This document shows positions 16,781 through 32,049 of a stretch of DNA of 64,000 nt, piece after piece (positions within the stretch are counted from its first letter, which is position 1; the number at the start of each line of letters is the position of its first letter). A model generated the notes under the pieces. It did not search any database, was not told where the DNA came from, and saw nothing but the letters and a program-made list of their open reading frames with translations. Where the stretch lies: assembly GCF_009914755.1 (NCBI RefSeq), contig NC_060928.1, one strand, 5' to 3'. The DNA is from the human T2T-CHM13v2.0 reference genome, Homo sapiens. Position numbers and translations under genes: made by a program.

Positions 16781-17008
16781 ACATTAGTGAGGACTTCTTG
16801 TATATTTCCACAAAATCAATTCAAATCTTAAAAAAATCTACCTACATAAAGAGCTCTCAAAATTCCTGCCACTAAGAAATATTAGGAAAATATAAACTAC
16901 AGACTGTATCTCTATAGAGATAAATTATATTTTTTAAAAATTACCATTATTTTTGGGAGAAATAAAAGTAATAGGTCTGTTTCCAACTGTTAGAAAGTCA
17001 AGGAGCTG

Positions 17009-17297
17009 GGCCAGGCACGGCGGCTCACACCTGCAATCCCAGCACTTTGGGAGGCTGAGGTGGGCTGATCACCTAAGGTCCAGAGGTCAAGATCAGCCTG
17101 GCCAACATGATGAAACCCCATCTCTACTAAAAATACAAAAATTAGCAGAGTGTGGTAGCAGGTGCTTGTAATCCCGGCTACTTGGGAGGCTGAGGCAGGA
17201 GAATCACTTGAACTGGGAAGGTGGAGGTTGCAGTGAGCCAAAATCCACCACTGCACTCCAGCCTGGGTGACTGAGACTCTGTCTCAAAAAAAAAAAA
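17009..17297 (+). mobile_element. Alu (AluS-like)
   Basis: Full dimer; flanks aaagtcaagg / aaagtcgagg. Confidence 0.96.
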
Positions 17298-18362
17298 GTC
17301 GAGGTTGAAATCCAATCCAATAGATAGATATATTTAGGAATCAGATAATATTATAAACTTCTAAATCAACAAGTGCCATTTAGTTTTCAAAAAGGTGAGT
17401 TAGGAACAGACGACAATTGGGACCAGAAGGAAGGTTTTCAGGCATGTATGAGTGGAAATGAGCAAACCAGGTACCATGAATAGTGAGTTGACTGTCTTGC
17501 CTTGTGTGTACAAAGAAGGTTGGCTGACACTGATGAGGAACATTGACAGAAAGCAGAGGCCCTCATCATCACAGCAAACAACATGCAGAGATATTGTTTC
17601 AAAGAACAAGAATCTGAAACTGTATTCAAAAATATAAACTTATTTTAAAATAAATCTCTCAAGTTGATCCTTAAATTATTTTAAACCATATTTTAACAAA
17701 AGAAATTTGCATTTTTATACTAAATACACTTTTGTATTTTCACGTGAAGTTGATAAATACCCAATATATATGAACCAAAATGAATTTAACTGAATCTACT
17801 TGCTTTTATTCTAGAGGTTATAAAATTTTTAGTACTTTTCATTAATAAAATGATTTATCAACTAGTTAAAAATTGACTTTTTGGAAAAACTCTTAATTTT
17901 GCAAGGATACTTTTGTAGTATCAAGACAATTTTCTGTTTTCCAAGCTGTAATTTTTTCTGACAGTTTTAGAAAATAGAAACAGAACATGGGGTAATATTC
18001 TATATGGATTTGATTACTATAATATGTTATATAGTCTAATTTCATTTTTTGAGCCCAAACATAATTACTATTCTTTAATTTTTGTGTTTAAAAACTGCAT
18101 TATTTAATTAATTATAAAAATAAAGGCATTTGTCTTTGCATATCATCAAGAATTATTAAATATATGTATGTTTTTATTTTAATTCATAAAGATTTAAAAT
18201 GTATTTGAAATAATTTAGGCATTTCACGACTTTTCAAGGAAAATGTTAATAAAGAGAAAAAAATTATGAAAACTATGTTCCCTTTTTCTGTTAGGAACAT
18301 CTATTGAAACCCTTAGTGATTCAATAACACAGAAAACGACCAGTGGTCTGAGGTGAATCTAT

Positions 18363-18661
18363 GTTATTTATGTATTTATTTATTTATTTTTGAGACAATT
18401 TATCCCTCTGTCACCTAGGCTGGGTGATCATGACTCAATACAGCCTCGACCTCCCAGGCTCAAGCGATCCTCCCACCTCAGCCTCCTAAGTAGCTGGGAC
18501 TACAGGTGTGCACTACCATGCCCAGCTAATTTTTGTACTTTTTGTAGCAACAGGGCTTCACCACATTAGCGAGGCTGGTCTTGAACTTCTGGGCTCAAGT
18601 AATCTACCATCCTCGGCTTCCCAACTGTTGGGATTACAGGCATGAGCCACCACACCTGGCC
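18363..18661 (-). mobile_element. Alu (AluJ-like)
   Basis: AluJ motifs caggctcaagcgatcctcccacc and tgggctcaag; 15-bp TSD ctgaggtgaatctat at 18348-18362 and 18662-18676. Confidence 0.95.
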
Positions 18662-19180
18662 CTGAGGTGAATCTATAACAAGCCCAGGCCTAGCTGTGAA
18701 TTGAAGAACACCAAAGTAGAAGTGAACAAAATCAAATGAAGTTTCAAAAGACAAATTATTATTGATAAATAAATAGCTAAAAGAGGAAAGACAATAAGGC
18801 AATTGTAGCTCAGTAATTTGTTAGAAATATTGATGAAAAATTGTCATGCAATCCATACTATTTTTTGGTTTAAGTAAATTGGGTATAATTTAGCTATGTG
18901 CTTTTCTTTGAATACAGAGAAAAATTAGTGGCATCTGCATCTCCCTTCCTAGGTATACTCAATATTAGGCTTATCTAAATAGGAAGAGAGTGGCTATAGC
19001 TAATGAAGGAGAATTTTCAGCTGAAAAAGAAATGACCCTACAATTATCAAAACTTTATTTTCTAATCTCTACTAATTCTAACCCTGGCCATGGGGACTTA
19101 CATGATTTAATTACCTGCCACAGCTTGCCATGGTTCTCAGGCAGAAGCATCTGCAAGTACACAAGCTTGGACACTAGTAA

Positions 19181-19526
<346 letters not shown>

Positions 19527-19839
19527 GTCACAATTCATTTCTACTCTGCATTGTCTGAGAGAGAAAAAATAACTAGAGAGAGAGAAAAAATAAATAGTAA
19601 TGAATATTCTGCATTATAGAAGCAGAAAGCAAAACAAAGAACAAGAAGTGTGAAATGATCCAGGTCATTATCTGTCCCAATATCTCACTCATTGCCAAAG
19701 TTATTTTTCAAACATCCACCTGCAGTTGGGCATCAATTTTATTTGTGGCTAGATTAGAGATGGATATCTAATCATCTCACAGGGCTATTCATTTACAATT
19801 TGTGTAGTTCCACTAACAAGAAGTTTCTCCTTTCACTTG

Positions 19840-20080
19840 AGTGGCAGCAAACACAGGTTAAAGGCAAGGATCCTAAAGACAATCTTCCCAGACTTTGTGG
19901 GTTTAAATCAAGGTGTTACCATTTATTAGCATCATACTATGTGTATCACATTACCTTTCTGTATATCAAGTCATTCATCCATAAAAGCGGGAAAAGAATA
20001 ATGCCTTTTGGGGGAAACTAGTATGAAGAATAAATGTGACATACCACCTAAATCCTGAAGCGCAATTTTTGGATAACAAT
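19840..20080 (+). mobile_element. MIR, degraded
   Basis: gggtttaaatc...accatttattagc...tcatccataaaagcgggaaaagaataatgcc resembles the MIR core. Confidence 0.6.
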
Positions 20081-20299
20081 CCATGTAAGAAACTTTTTTG
20101 TTATGAATTATTCTAAAATAATGTTTAGTCACTTGTCCTAAAATATCCTATGCCCAATCTGACTGTCACTGGAAAGGCTTTCTAATATTTATTCCTTTAC
20201 TTTTACAAGGGAAAATAATTCTATGTTTTCGAGTTTTCTTTGTAAGATTCATTTCCTACCTTCATCACTCTGTTTACCTTCTAGACACAAAACATTTGC

Positions 20300-20960
20300 T
20301 ACTGTGTCTTCTAAAATATGGTGCCCAGAACAAAAAGAACGAAAAGTCATTTCAGATACGCTCTCACAGGAGTACAGAATTTAAAGGGACATTTTTTTTT
20401 CATAGCCATAAAATACTGATGGTTTGTATTAAGTTGTTTTGTTTTGTTTTGATTCACATGAACTGTAGTTAAGCTAAGTCACTTATTGATGGTTGACTGT
20501 GTTTGCTGTGCAAACAGAATAAGGTAGGAGTTTCTAGTTGTCCATACGAGGTGCCATTATTTTAGCATGGATCAGGTTTCCTGCTGAACAAATTTTTTAA
20601 AAATTCTACTTCTATAACCATGCTAACATTTGCTCCATTTGGTAGCATAGGTTGATGAATACCTTTTGTACTTTGAAATATTTAATGAATATAGGGTCAA
20701 GTCTGAATGTCAAGGAACATCACTAGAGACAACCCAACAGACTAACATTGATGTTTTGATTGATGTGCTTTGGATATGGTTGTTATAGCAGGTATTAATT
20801 TATCTCACTTATATGAAACCTGCTTCAGGTTTCTACCTTGTAAACAAAATATTTTTTGAGAAACTTTGCCAAACATCTGACAAAAATAGATACATTTTGT
20901 CTACATTATGTTTCCCAAATATCTAACCTAAAATGCTATTATAAAAAAGAACTAGAGTAA
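20300..20960 (-). mobile_element. L3/CR1 LINE fragment (RT region)
   Basis: aaaatatggtgcccagaac; cactagagacaacccaacagactaacattgat; ctttggatatggttgt; gaaactttgccaaacatctgacaaaaatagatacattttgtctac resemble antisense L3. Confidence 0.7.
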
Positions 20961-21089
20961 TCAAAGAGGAGTAATTCATATTCATAATAAATCCATAATT
21001 ATAACTCAGCAATAACTGATAAGTTCACAAGCATTGGTTAGATATGGCACATGGATTCACGTAAGGGAATGTATATACTTTCTTAATAT

Positions 21090-22242
21090 CTCATATCTAT
21101 TCCTTTTTCTCATTCTCATCTGCCATTGCCCTAGTTTAGGATATACTGTTTTTACCTGAGCAATTGGAATAACTTCCTAATAAATCTCATCCCCATTCTT
21201 GTTTTCCCAAAATCCACCCTTCACACAATAGCTGAGGTGATCATCCTGTAATGTCTATTGGTAAAGCTATTTCTGTTTATAGTTTTTCAGTGAATTCCTA
21301 TAAGCTCAATTACTATAACATGGAGCCAAAGGCACTTCATGTTCTGTTAGATACCAACTTCTGTAGTGTTGTCATTTGCCAGTTCCTCAGGTTTCTCTTC
21401 TTCAGCTACACAAAACTCTCTATTTTGGTGGAATGACTACCACTGGGAAAGCATGTCACATTTCACTACTCTTCTCTTTCTCTACCTATTTTCTGCCCCA
21501 CAACTTATACAAACATTTGTTGGATAGTCAAACAAGCTCCCTAACATGTGTGTGTGTGTGCATGTACTTAAGTCATATTTCTCTTATTCCTGTCATATTT
21601 ATGTGCATACTTTATATGTGTACTTTTTTCACATGTGGCACTTACCTGCATATCCCTGATTATCTCTTTACCATATTTGAAGTACCCTGAAAGCAAACAT
21701 ATTTTTTTCTCCAGCAGTGTTAAGTATATTACAAGATGCCAAAAAATTATTTGAAAAGAATAAAGAGTAAAACCTTACACACACACACAGACACACAAAA
21801 ACACACACACAAAAAAAAACCTGAAGATTTATCACAATATATGATGATATAGTTTGGCTGTGTCCCCACCCAAATCTCATTATGAATTGTAACTCCCACA
21901 ATTCCCATGTGCCATGGGAGGAACCCAGTGGGAGGTGATTGAATTATGGGGGCAGGTCTTTTCTGCACTATTCTCATGATAATGAATGAGTCTCATGAGA
22001 TCTGATGGTTTTAAAATGGGAGTTTCCCTGCACAAGGTCTCTCTTTTTGCCTGCTGCCATCTATGTAAGATGTGACTTGATCCTACTTGCCTTCCACCAT
22101 AATTGTGAGGCCTCCCCAGCCACATGGAACTGTAAGTCCATTAAACCTCTTTCTTTTGTAAATTGCCCAGTCTCAGGTATGTCTTTTTCAGCAAAATGAA
22201 AACAGACTAATACATGTGATATCTAAATATTTGCTGAATAAA
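21090..22242 (+). mobile_element. L2 3' fragment interrupted by a THE1 LTR
   Basis: tgccattgccctagtttagg, aatccacccttcacacaatagctgaggtgatc and terminal taaatatttgctgaataaa. Confidence 0.6.
21845..22214 (+). mobile_element. THE1 (B/C-like) solo LTR
   Basis: tgatatagtttggctgtgtccccacccaaatctcat...aacagactaataca, 370 bp; 5-bp flanks tatga/tgtga. Confidence 0.95.
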
Positions 22243-22851
22243 AGTAAACAAGGTATGGTTTTACTCATCTGTCATAGAAATACATCCCTTCACACAAATG
22301 CCAACGATGCCTTTTTGAATTTATTTACCTCCTTGTTTACATAAGAGTTGATGAACTCATTAGTGACCACCTGGTAACAGTAATGTTCACAATTTATTTC
22401 ACTGAAGTTGTATTTTGAATCTTTTGCATATGCAACATCTCTATTATTTCCCTGTCAGTATGCCTTTTCTTATTTCCATACAACCCAATAATAATTGTGA
22501 GAAAAACCAATCCTCCAGCTATTCAATTTCAGGTCCTAATCTAGCCTTTCCCTTCTTCTGAGTGTCCTCAATCACATAACACTAAACCTCATTTTTGACA
22601 CTGTGACACATCAAGTTTTAATATATTCACATTGTTTTTGAAGACCGTGCTTAGACCCCTCAGTTAGAATAATATTTGCTCCTGGGACAACGTTCTCAGA
22701 AAGCAACTTATTTTCTCACCAAATACTCATCTGGCCAAGGATTTTTCTAGATCTATACTATCCTTCCAGATTATAGCCATTTTTATACTTCATTGTAAAA
22801 TTATGTTCTTGAAGGTTCATACCATGCAGAAATGTTTTCACAATCACCTGG

Positions 22852-23253
22852 TGTAGCAAGGAATGCTCGTGTTTACCATTATTCATGCTTCTCCTTTGAA
22901 CACACATAACCAACCTATATTTCCCAGCTTTCTGATAATTGTGTGGGGCCATTGGAGTTCCAGCCAATGGGAAATTTATGGACCTAAATTGTACTACTCC
23001 TAGGACTAGCCTCGAAAACATCTTGCTTGACCCTTCTCACTCTGTCTCTCCCCTCATCTCCCAGCCAAATGCGACAAATCCTGCAAAAAGCCAAGAGTGT
23101 GGAAGGATCTGGAGTACCTAAATCACCTTGAACACAATCTGCTACACACTCTTTTGGACTGTGATGTGAATTTAAAAAAGAGCTTTTTTGTTGTTAATGA
23201 ATGAGATTTGGGTATTTTAAGAATAGCAATTGTTATCTGCTTTGATTAATACA
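22852..23253 (+). mobile_element. MaLR LTR, MLT1I/J-like
   Basis: tatttcccagctttct...ggggccattggagttccagccaatgg...ggactgtgatgtga...gagatttggg...gattaataca. Confidence 0.7.
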
Positions 23254-25469
23254 TCTTCCAAATATCAGGTGTAGTCTTACATTTCAAGGAGAATGTGACA
23301 AATGGCTCATTTTTTTCTCTGTATTTGTACAATTCCCATTACTTTTGAGTGACTTTATTGCACTCAGAATTTCTTAATATTTTCTGTAACTTATTTCTCA
23401 TCATTTATCTTCAGTAAATCACTCCTGAGGTCACAAGCAGGATTTACAATCCTGTGAACTGAACTATATACTAAGTCCTTCTCTCTAATAACAAACACTT
23501 TGGTCTTTTAATCCCTCATATGTATGTTTTTCATATCATGCTTCTTGGCTTTACTTTCTTGATGAAATCCATCATCATGTTTGGCCATTTCTTGTCATTC
23601 TTATTTTCAAGGCCCCTGTTCTTCTGCCTTTCTTCTACTTTCTTCGAAACGCAACTCCAAGCTAGACCTATCTAATCACAGACATTTTCCAGCTTCTGGG
23701 CTGCTGAGCTTCCCTGGAGAAAAATCCCATAACTCTGACAAGTGGGACAGATTTATAGTTTCCAATTTTAGCTGGGGCCTCAAAATTGCTTGTCAATCCT
23801 TTTACTCAATGACTTTTGGTTTGATAGCCCTGACCTACATAATGATGTGAGCACAACTCTCCCTTCTACAGTATCTCGTGCTTATTTCTGGGCATTTCAG
23901 AGGAGTCCTTTGTACAAACCCACTTCAAATTTATGAACTGCAGTCCCCCCAGTGTATTAGCCTAGTCTCCTTCTCCTACTCCAGCCACCACTTGCCCATT
24001 CGTGCTTTGCACAGTTGCCTGTGGAAGCCTCACCACTGCCAATTGCAATCCTGAAATGCCAGCATCACTGCCAGGGATGCTGTCACCTAGAGCTGAGTAC
24101 TTCACTTCCTTATAGTGTCACAATGATGTAGAGTTCACTGTCTAGACAGGTTTAAAAAAAAAGTTTCCTTTTAACTTATTATCACATGTGGTCATCTGAA
24201 CAGCAAAGTTGCTGGGCTGAGGGCCAGAGACTTGCAAAGTTTTCTTATGGAATCCTGAAAAGTGTGGTCCTCATCCCTTAGTCATAGGTGCTCATTCAAC
24301 AAATAATTTCCTAGTGACTATACAAGTTGATATCAAAGTAGATATTTTTAATTCTTACTTTATGTCTCCAACACACACACAGTGCAAGAGTACAACAGCT
24401 CAGTAAAAATAGTAAGTACAATAAAATGTTAAAATAGCTGTGATAAAATTTGCTGTAATATAAAATGGGGTCACAAGAACGGGAGTGAGTAATTAAATTT
24501 GAGTTGGAATCAAAAGTTTCTTAGAGGAAATGATATATGAGTAGTTTGCATTTGCCTATGAAAGTGGCTAGCTCTTTACAAAATTATTGCAAGCATCATA
24601 GTTGATGGAACAAACTTACTTTTACAAGTTCAAAAAGGTAAACTATAATGGCTTATCTATTTCCCATGTAGATGTATGTATATGTAATCATATACATATA
24701 TGGAATAGAAGGCTAAAGTTTCATATTAAACATAAATTATCTTTGTCATTCTGTTCTTATCCTTACCATGCCATGGACTGGTCCTAGCACATTTATGCAG
24801 TAAGTATAATCTGACTATAGTTTTTCTAGTTCTCCCAGTGTGGCACTCTGTCTAATCTCCCCATTTTTCACCTTACTTGAAATTAAACTTTACTATTTTA
24901 ATTAAAAACATTTAGAGAAAACCTATTTATGTGCAAAGTGCTGTGCTGTACGCTGTAGTTGAGAAGGAAAAAGGTGTTCGTGTTGACAGGCAAGGCTTGA
25001 TCTTTGCCCTCAATGAGGGCAACACAAAGGAGAAAAACTAAAATTTTATCTGAGACAGACCTCTCCTATTTGCTTTTCCAAAAAGAAGACACTAGAGGGT
25101 TTTTTGGTAATAATTTTTTAAAGTTTTGTCTTTGCCAAAAAAATGATACTCCCTCTCTGCTTGGATAAAGTGATTGAAACTAGATATAAGTAGAAATTAA
25201 TAAAACACATGAAAAACACATTGTCTGAGTAGGGGATACAGCCCTGGATTTGTTATTCACAATAAGAGCTATGTGATTTCTGCCATTTAGACCAATATTA
25301 CTTCAAGTATTCCAATATAAGATAAAGCAAAATTTACCAAGAAGGGATATTAAGGAGGGCTATCAAGGAACACAATTTAGATCATTAGGAAGGGGGAACA
25401 TTTTTGTTGTTTGCTTTTCAGTAATTGTTTTTTATGTTTATTTAACTTTCATTTTTTAAAGAAATGTTA

Positions 25470-25715
25470 ACTGTTTTGTTTTACTTATAAAAGTACTTTA
25501 TGGAGTACATAGTGATGTTTCAATACATAGAATGCATAGAGATCAGATTAGAGTAATTAACATCCATCATCACAAACATTTATCATTTATTTGTATTGGG
25601 AATATTCAATATCCTATATCTAACTATTATTTAAAACTATATATTATTGCTAATCATAATCCTATAGTGCTATAAAACACTAGAAATTATTCCCTGTAGC
25701 TTGCTGTAATTTTGT
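25470..25715 (-). mobile_element. L1MA-like 3' end
   Basis: tttatggagtacatagtgatgtttcaatacat...gatcagattagagtaatt...caaacatttatcatt. Confidence 0.75.
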
Positions 25716-26433
25716 TGATTGTTTTTTATTAGGATAATGGGTCAGCTCTGCCTTGAGACTGCACACACAGATTGCAAGTACTTAGAGGCTATATAGCTGC
25801 TTGATTCCCATAACAGTTAGAGATTTTCAGTGTTTGTCATTAAAGTCTGTGCATTACATCTTTTAGTGAGGTCACCTTTATGGATATTGTCAAGTAAATA
25901 GAGTCACACTAAGTAACAGGAGACAAAAGAGTTTAATAAGGAGTTAGGACTTACACACATGTGGAAAGAGCAGGGGCTGTGGGGGTCATGATGGCTGTCA
26001 CTGAAAGGTCAGAGAAACAGAGAAGACATCAGCCTGAAAAACAGAATAAAATGGTTTTTGAAAGTTTCTTTGGAAAAGGTCACAATTCCCAATTATCTTC
26101 ATAATATCCTATACACTGTCTCAGCTTGCAGCAGGACAGCTGAAAATGGCAGGAAAATCCTGAGTAGCTGCCATGGTTGGTCACTGGGATCTCATCAAAG
26201 TATAATGATTTCTCCTTACTTCTGCTTGTCATGTCAAATATGAGGGCCATTCATTTGTAAATGCTCATCTGGATCCAATAAATAAAGAGATGTGGTACTG
26301 AGTATGGTAATAATGCAAAGTTTACTAACATTCTAACAAAAAAGAGTGGTTACTTTATATTTGCTACGCTAAGACATTGCTACCCACATTCTTTTTGTGC
26401 TAATAAATAATCTGATGATATTTTCATAATCTG

Positions 26434-26751
26434 AAAGGAAAAACAATAGGTATATTATGTATATTCTACTCAACAGAAATAGTTGTGGCTCTGTTCATAT
26501 AAGACAAAAGAGGCTTTAAGGGGAAAAATTCTTACTGGCTCTCTATACGAAAACTACATAATGATTAAAGCTTCAATTTACTAGGAATACATAACAATTT
26601 TAAATTAGCATGCCCCTGTGACTATAACTTTATAATTTCTCTTTGAGTCAGGGTTCTCCAATTGCAAGTGACAGAAAGAATCTCTAACTTAAGCAGACAA
26701 GAAAACTTTTGGTAATATCGGTTTTGATGAGCTCACAATGTTGAGAGAGAA
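26434..26751 (-). repeat. Inverted duplicate (left arm) of 29345-29663
   Basis: Manual alignment to the reverse complement of 29345-29663 gives about 25 differences in ~319 bp. Confidence 0.96.
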
Positions 26752-27057
26752 TATATTAAATTTTGCATAATGTCTTACAAGCTGACTAATTTAAAATTTA
26801 GAAAACAATAAAAGATATTGCTTTCTTTATTTCCTAATATAATCTAATATACTGATGGTGATATATTGAAATCTGCAATGTATCTAATGATTTTCATCAG
26901 CTTATCACATTTAAATAATGTCAAAACATTTTTACCGGACTGGTAACAGGGCGAAAATATATTGATTCTATCACTAATTACAATATGTTAAGAATTTATT
27001 TGTTTTTCTTTAAAATCATAATATATTATCATTTCTAATTCTTAAATATAGTAGATA

Positions 27058-27538
<481 letters not shown>

Positions 27539-28555
27539 AAGTTTTACTTTTGAATAAAAGAAATAATCTACAAGGCACAATTCAACAATGCTTTTATAAT
27601 ATATTTATTGTTTATGTATGTATGTGCATATGCCTGAGTGACCACATTTGTTTGTCTGTGTGCATGCACACACACACATGAAATATACTTTGTTCAAGTT
27701 GATAACTAATCATGTGGATAGGAATTCTGTTTTCACATCAATCTAATTTTCTTATTAAATACCATTATTTTCTCCTCCTGGGCCAAGTACAATGTTTTAA
27801 ACTAGTAAAATGTCTTATTTTTAGTATTGTCAATACTCCCAGTGGTAGAGCAGTGTCGCTTTCTTAAAATATTTCTACCTTCTGGGCAACAGAATTTTTT
27901 TTCAGCACTAAATAAGACAAAATCAGTTTTGTAGCTGCTACCTGTTTTATTGTGTGTAGGCCTGTGTTAAGATACTTCATAAACTGTCAAATCCAGATTG
28001 GCACTGGAAACACTGTAACGCTTGATATTTGATGAGAAGCTGTCAACTTGCCTCTCCCTGTCAAATTGCCAGATGCTTCTTCATGACCAGTTTAGGCTAA
28101 GAGATTACTGGTAGTCAGAGCTCCATACACAAAGATCTTAATGCTATATGATTTGTGAGAGGAGTGGGGTAGAAAAGGTGTGAGACAAGTTATACGTTGT
28201 TGGAAAATGGAATTTAATATGCTTAATTATTAAGTTTGTTTTTAGGAACTTGTAGATGAATCAATAATTCAGAAATTACATTGAGAATTAAGCATGAAAA
28301 GGCATGGTAAAAATCCCTCTGAGTAATCATATCCATAAAAACAAATAGTCTTTGAACCTTAGGCTATAGCTTTAAGGGAAGTTATTATTCTGTTATTTGC
28401 TAGGATAATATTTTATCTCAGTATTTCTTGTTTCTAATTTAATTTATGTTTCACTAAATACCCAGCTAGATATATATGTGGGTGTGTGTAGCTAGACACA
28501 GAAAGGAATTGACAGAACACTTTGGCTCTATTTTCAGTGCTATAAAAAGATAAAA

Positions 28556-28900
<345 letters not shown>

Positions 28901-29169
28901 TCATTCTATGTGGTCATGTGTTACTTGGAAAATTATATAGTTACTTAAAAAATTGAGGAATTTACGTAAATGTTTGAAGCTTCCCACTCTGCCCCTAATA
29001 AAACAAAACACAAATGGAAGGCACAATATTCCATTATTCCCAATCAGGAAGCCCAAGGGATTAGATACTCCTTCCCTGAACTGGTTAAAAGCTGGGACAC
29101 AACAAAGTGCTCCTATTCTGAACCTCTTAACATTAAACAAGTAATTCAAAGGTAAATACTGAAGTATAT

Positions 29170-29457
29170 AATTTGTTCACCAGGACAAATTTAGTGAAAG
29201 TCTTGGGGGCATTTGATGGCCACAACACCTGTGTCCAGCAGCACTGTGGGTGCCAGCTATGCCCACTGTGGCACTATAACCTGATTACATCCTAGTTTCA
29301 GATCTTAACGTCTAGAATTCTCATCTATTCTCTAGTAGTCCTGCTTCTCTCTCAACATTGTGAGCTAATCAATACAGATATTACCAAAAATTTTCTTGTC
29401 TACTTAAGTTAGAGATTCTTTCTGTCACTTGCAATTGGAGAACCCTGACTCAAAGAC
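29170..29457 (+). mobile_element. Old ERVL/MaLR LTR 3' part (LTR33/MLT1K-like)
   Basis: ttgtgagctaatcaata...cttaagttagagattctttctgtcacttgcaattggagaaccctgact resembles the typical ERVL LTR terminus. Confidence 0.5.
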
Positions 29458-29663
29458 AGATTATAAAGCTATAGTCACAGGGGCATGCTAATTTAAAATT
29501 GTTATGTATTTCTAGTAAATTGAAGCTTTAATCATTATATAGTTTTCATATAGAGAGACAGTATAAATTTTTTTCCTTAAACTCTTTTTTGCCTTATATA
29601 AACAGAGCCACAACTTATTTCTATTGAGTAGAATATACATAATATACTTCTTGTTTTTCCTTT
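29345..29663 (+). repeat. Inverted duplicate (right arm, probable donor) of 26434-26751
   Basis: See left arm; the segment spans an LTR end and adjacent unrelated sequence. Confidence 0.96.
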
Positions 29664-29669
29664 GGAGTT

Positions 29670-30960
29670 CAACATTTTGGTTTCTTATATTTACATGTGT
29701 TTCTTGAAAACCATATATAGCTGGAGCATTTAGACCATTTAGATTTAAACTGATTACTGATGTTTTCTTTTATTTATAGCTTTAATTTTTGCTTTCAATT
29801 GGTTGTTCTTGTTTTATTTTTATGTTTCTATCTTTTCCTTTTTTGAGTATTTGAATATTTTTTAAATTCCATCTTTAGTTTTCCTTCTAAATGAATAATT
29901 GCCTTTAGAATTATTTAGTAAAGTTCTGCTTTAGACAGACTCTGAAAAATCTCTTCTATATACCCATCCTTAATATTTTTATAGCCCATGCAAAAGCACA
30001 CCTTGAAGTTTCCTGTAGAGTCTTTCAAAGTGACTTGAGCCTATTGCTGCACAGAATTCTGGGATTCTAGCTCTATGGACTATAACAGGAGACAATAGGT
30101 CATGGGCACTGATGGGCATACCTCAAAGGCCCTATGGATTTTCAGACTTGTCAGGGAGACACTAGAGAAGAGCCCAGGAAGAGACCCTGAAGCCAGGGGA
30201 TTGGGGCTGGAGCTGCACTTCCCTTAGAGTGACCTAATAGTAGCACTATGTTTCCATTACAAATATTTTTACCATATGTAGATTCTCACATTGACAATTC
30301 TCTCAGCATGCAGATTTACATTACACAGCCTTCTTGCCTCCATTATCCCTGCTGAGAATCATCTCTCCTCTCAGACTGTCCATTTTCTGTTCTTAATTTC
30401 TCCCTTTGCTCTATAAATTGTTAAGACTTTCTCTTTGCATTTAATTTCCTGACTAGTTTTTATATTACTGGACAAATGTCTACATGTCCAGTTTCAGATT
30501 GATTGTGTTTCAGATTTATTTGATTGGTTGAATATGAGGATTGGTGGCGTTTGACACTTCTGGAATCTTCCAGTTATCTTTTAAAATATGGCATTTGCCC
30601 CATTTTCTCTCCTCCCTCTCTGAAATCCCAAACACCTATCAGACATTTTCATTCTATCCTTGATCTTTCCTGTTTCCTTGTGCTCTTATGGCATTTTTTT
30701 TTCTGACAGATCTATTGTATTGAAGATCTTTTTAAATCTTCTTAATTTGCTCTTTGACTAGTTCATTGAGTTTTACATTTTTCTAGTTGTATATTTTTTT
30801 CTTGAATTTCTATTTTTTATCCAAGTCTGCTAGGTGACATTTTAGTTTCCTGAAGATACATTCAAGTTTGTGGTCTTTCTTTTAATATACTAGTTACTAG
30901 TTTTAAATTTTCTAGTTACATTTAGAATAAGAAATATTTAATATTAGTAATATATAAAGT
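29670..30960 (-). mobile_element. Very old L1M/HAL1-like fragments
   Basis: catttagaccatttagatttaaactgattactga; gattctcacattgacaattctctcagca; cttcttgcctccatt...gctgagaa. Confidence 0.5.
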
Positions 30961-31366
30961 TTTTTGTCATTCACCATATCTTCATAATACATGTTATCTT
31001 TGTATCACAGAACAGATGCATTGTATCACAGAGAAGAAATTTCCAATGAATAGAAAATATTGGTTTTATTGCTTTACTTAGGTCATTCATAGGAATGCTT
31101 CTCAGAAATTTGAAAGACTCTTTCCTAGGCCTTTTCAAAATTTTCTGTAAAGAAAATGTCTGTCATTAGAGATAGGTCTTTTAATTTTTCCCTCTCCATA
31201 TTCATTCTTCGAAATTTGACCTTACAACTTGACTTCAATTATTGTTTATATTTTGATGACTTTCCAAAATATATGTATCCATCTGAGTTCTTCCTTAAGG
31301 CCTGTATATGCTATTATCATTGATAAATATCATTGTGGTGTTTTTGTTGTTTTAAAAGCATTTCAA

Positions 31367-31928
31367 TTTTATTTATTTATTTTTTAGACTTTTAAGTTCA
31401 GGGGTACATGTGCAGGTTAGTTACATAGGTAAACTTGTGTCATAGGGGTTTGCTGTACAGACTATCTCATCACCCAGATATTAATCCTAGTGCCCATTGG
31501 TTATTTTTCCTGATCATTTTCCTCCTTCCACCCTTCACCCTCCAAAAGGTCTCGGTGTGTGTTGTTCCCCTCTAGGTATCCATGTGTTCTCATAATTTAG
31601 CTCCCAATTTTAATTAAGAACATGTGGTATTTGGTTTTCTGTTCCTGCATTATTTTGCTAAGGATAATGACCTCCAGCTCCATCCATGTCCCTGCAAAGG
31701 ACATAATCTCTTTCTATTTTATGGCTGCATAGTATTTCTTGGTGTATATGTACCACATTTTTTTTATTCAGTCTATCATTGATGGACATTTAGGTAGATT
31801 TTATGTCTTTGCTATTGTAAATAGTGTTGCAATGAACATACACATGCATGTGTCTTTATACTAGAATAATTTATATTCCTTTGGGGATATATCCAGTTAT
31901 AGGATGGCTGGGTCAAATGGTATTTCTG
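31367..31928 (-). mobile_element. L1PA13-16-like 3' end, 5'-truncated
   Basis: ttttaagttcaggggtacatgtgcaggttagttacataggtaaacttgtgtcat...ggataatgacctccagctccatccatgtccctgcaaaggaca...ggtcaaatggtatttctg. Confidence 0.92.
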
Positions 31929-32049
31929 CAAAAACTCAATTGATTTGAGTTCACAATTTTTCTTCCCCTGTATTCTCTTCTCAGAAACAGTACCATATGC
32001 TGCTAATTTGCTCATAGCTGAGTTGGTAAGTCATAAATCCATAACACCC

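Larger units (their letters stand above)
15975..16802 (+). mobile_element. TcMar-Tigger MITE, MER6A-like, containing (TG)n and interrupted near its end by an Alu
   Basis: cccaaagatgtgcatgttaggttaagtggtgtgtctaaatggtc...tgggtaaataattatcttacttg...tatatcaattagcctatggtaaa...tagtgaggactt match recalled MER6. Confidence 0.82.
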
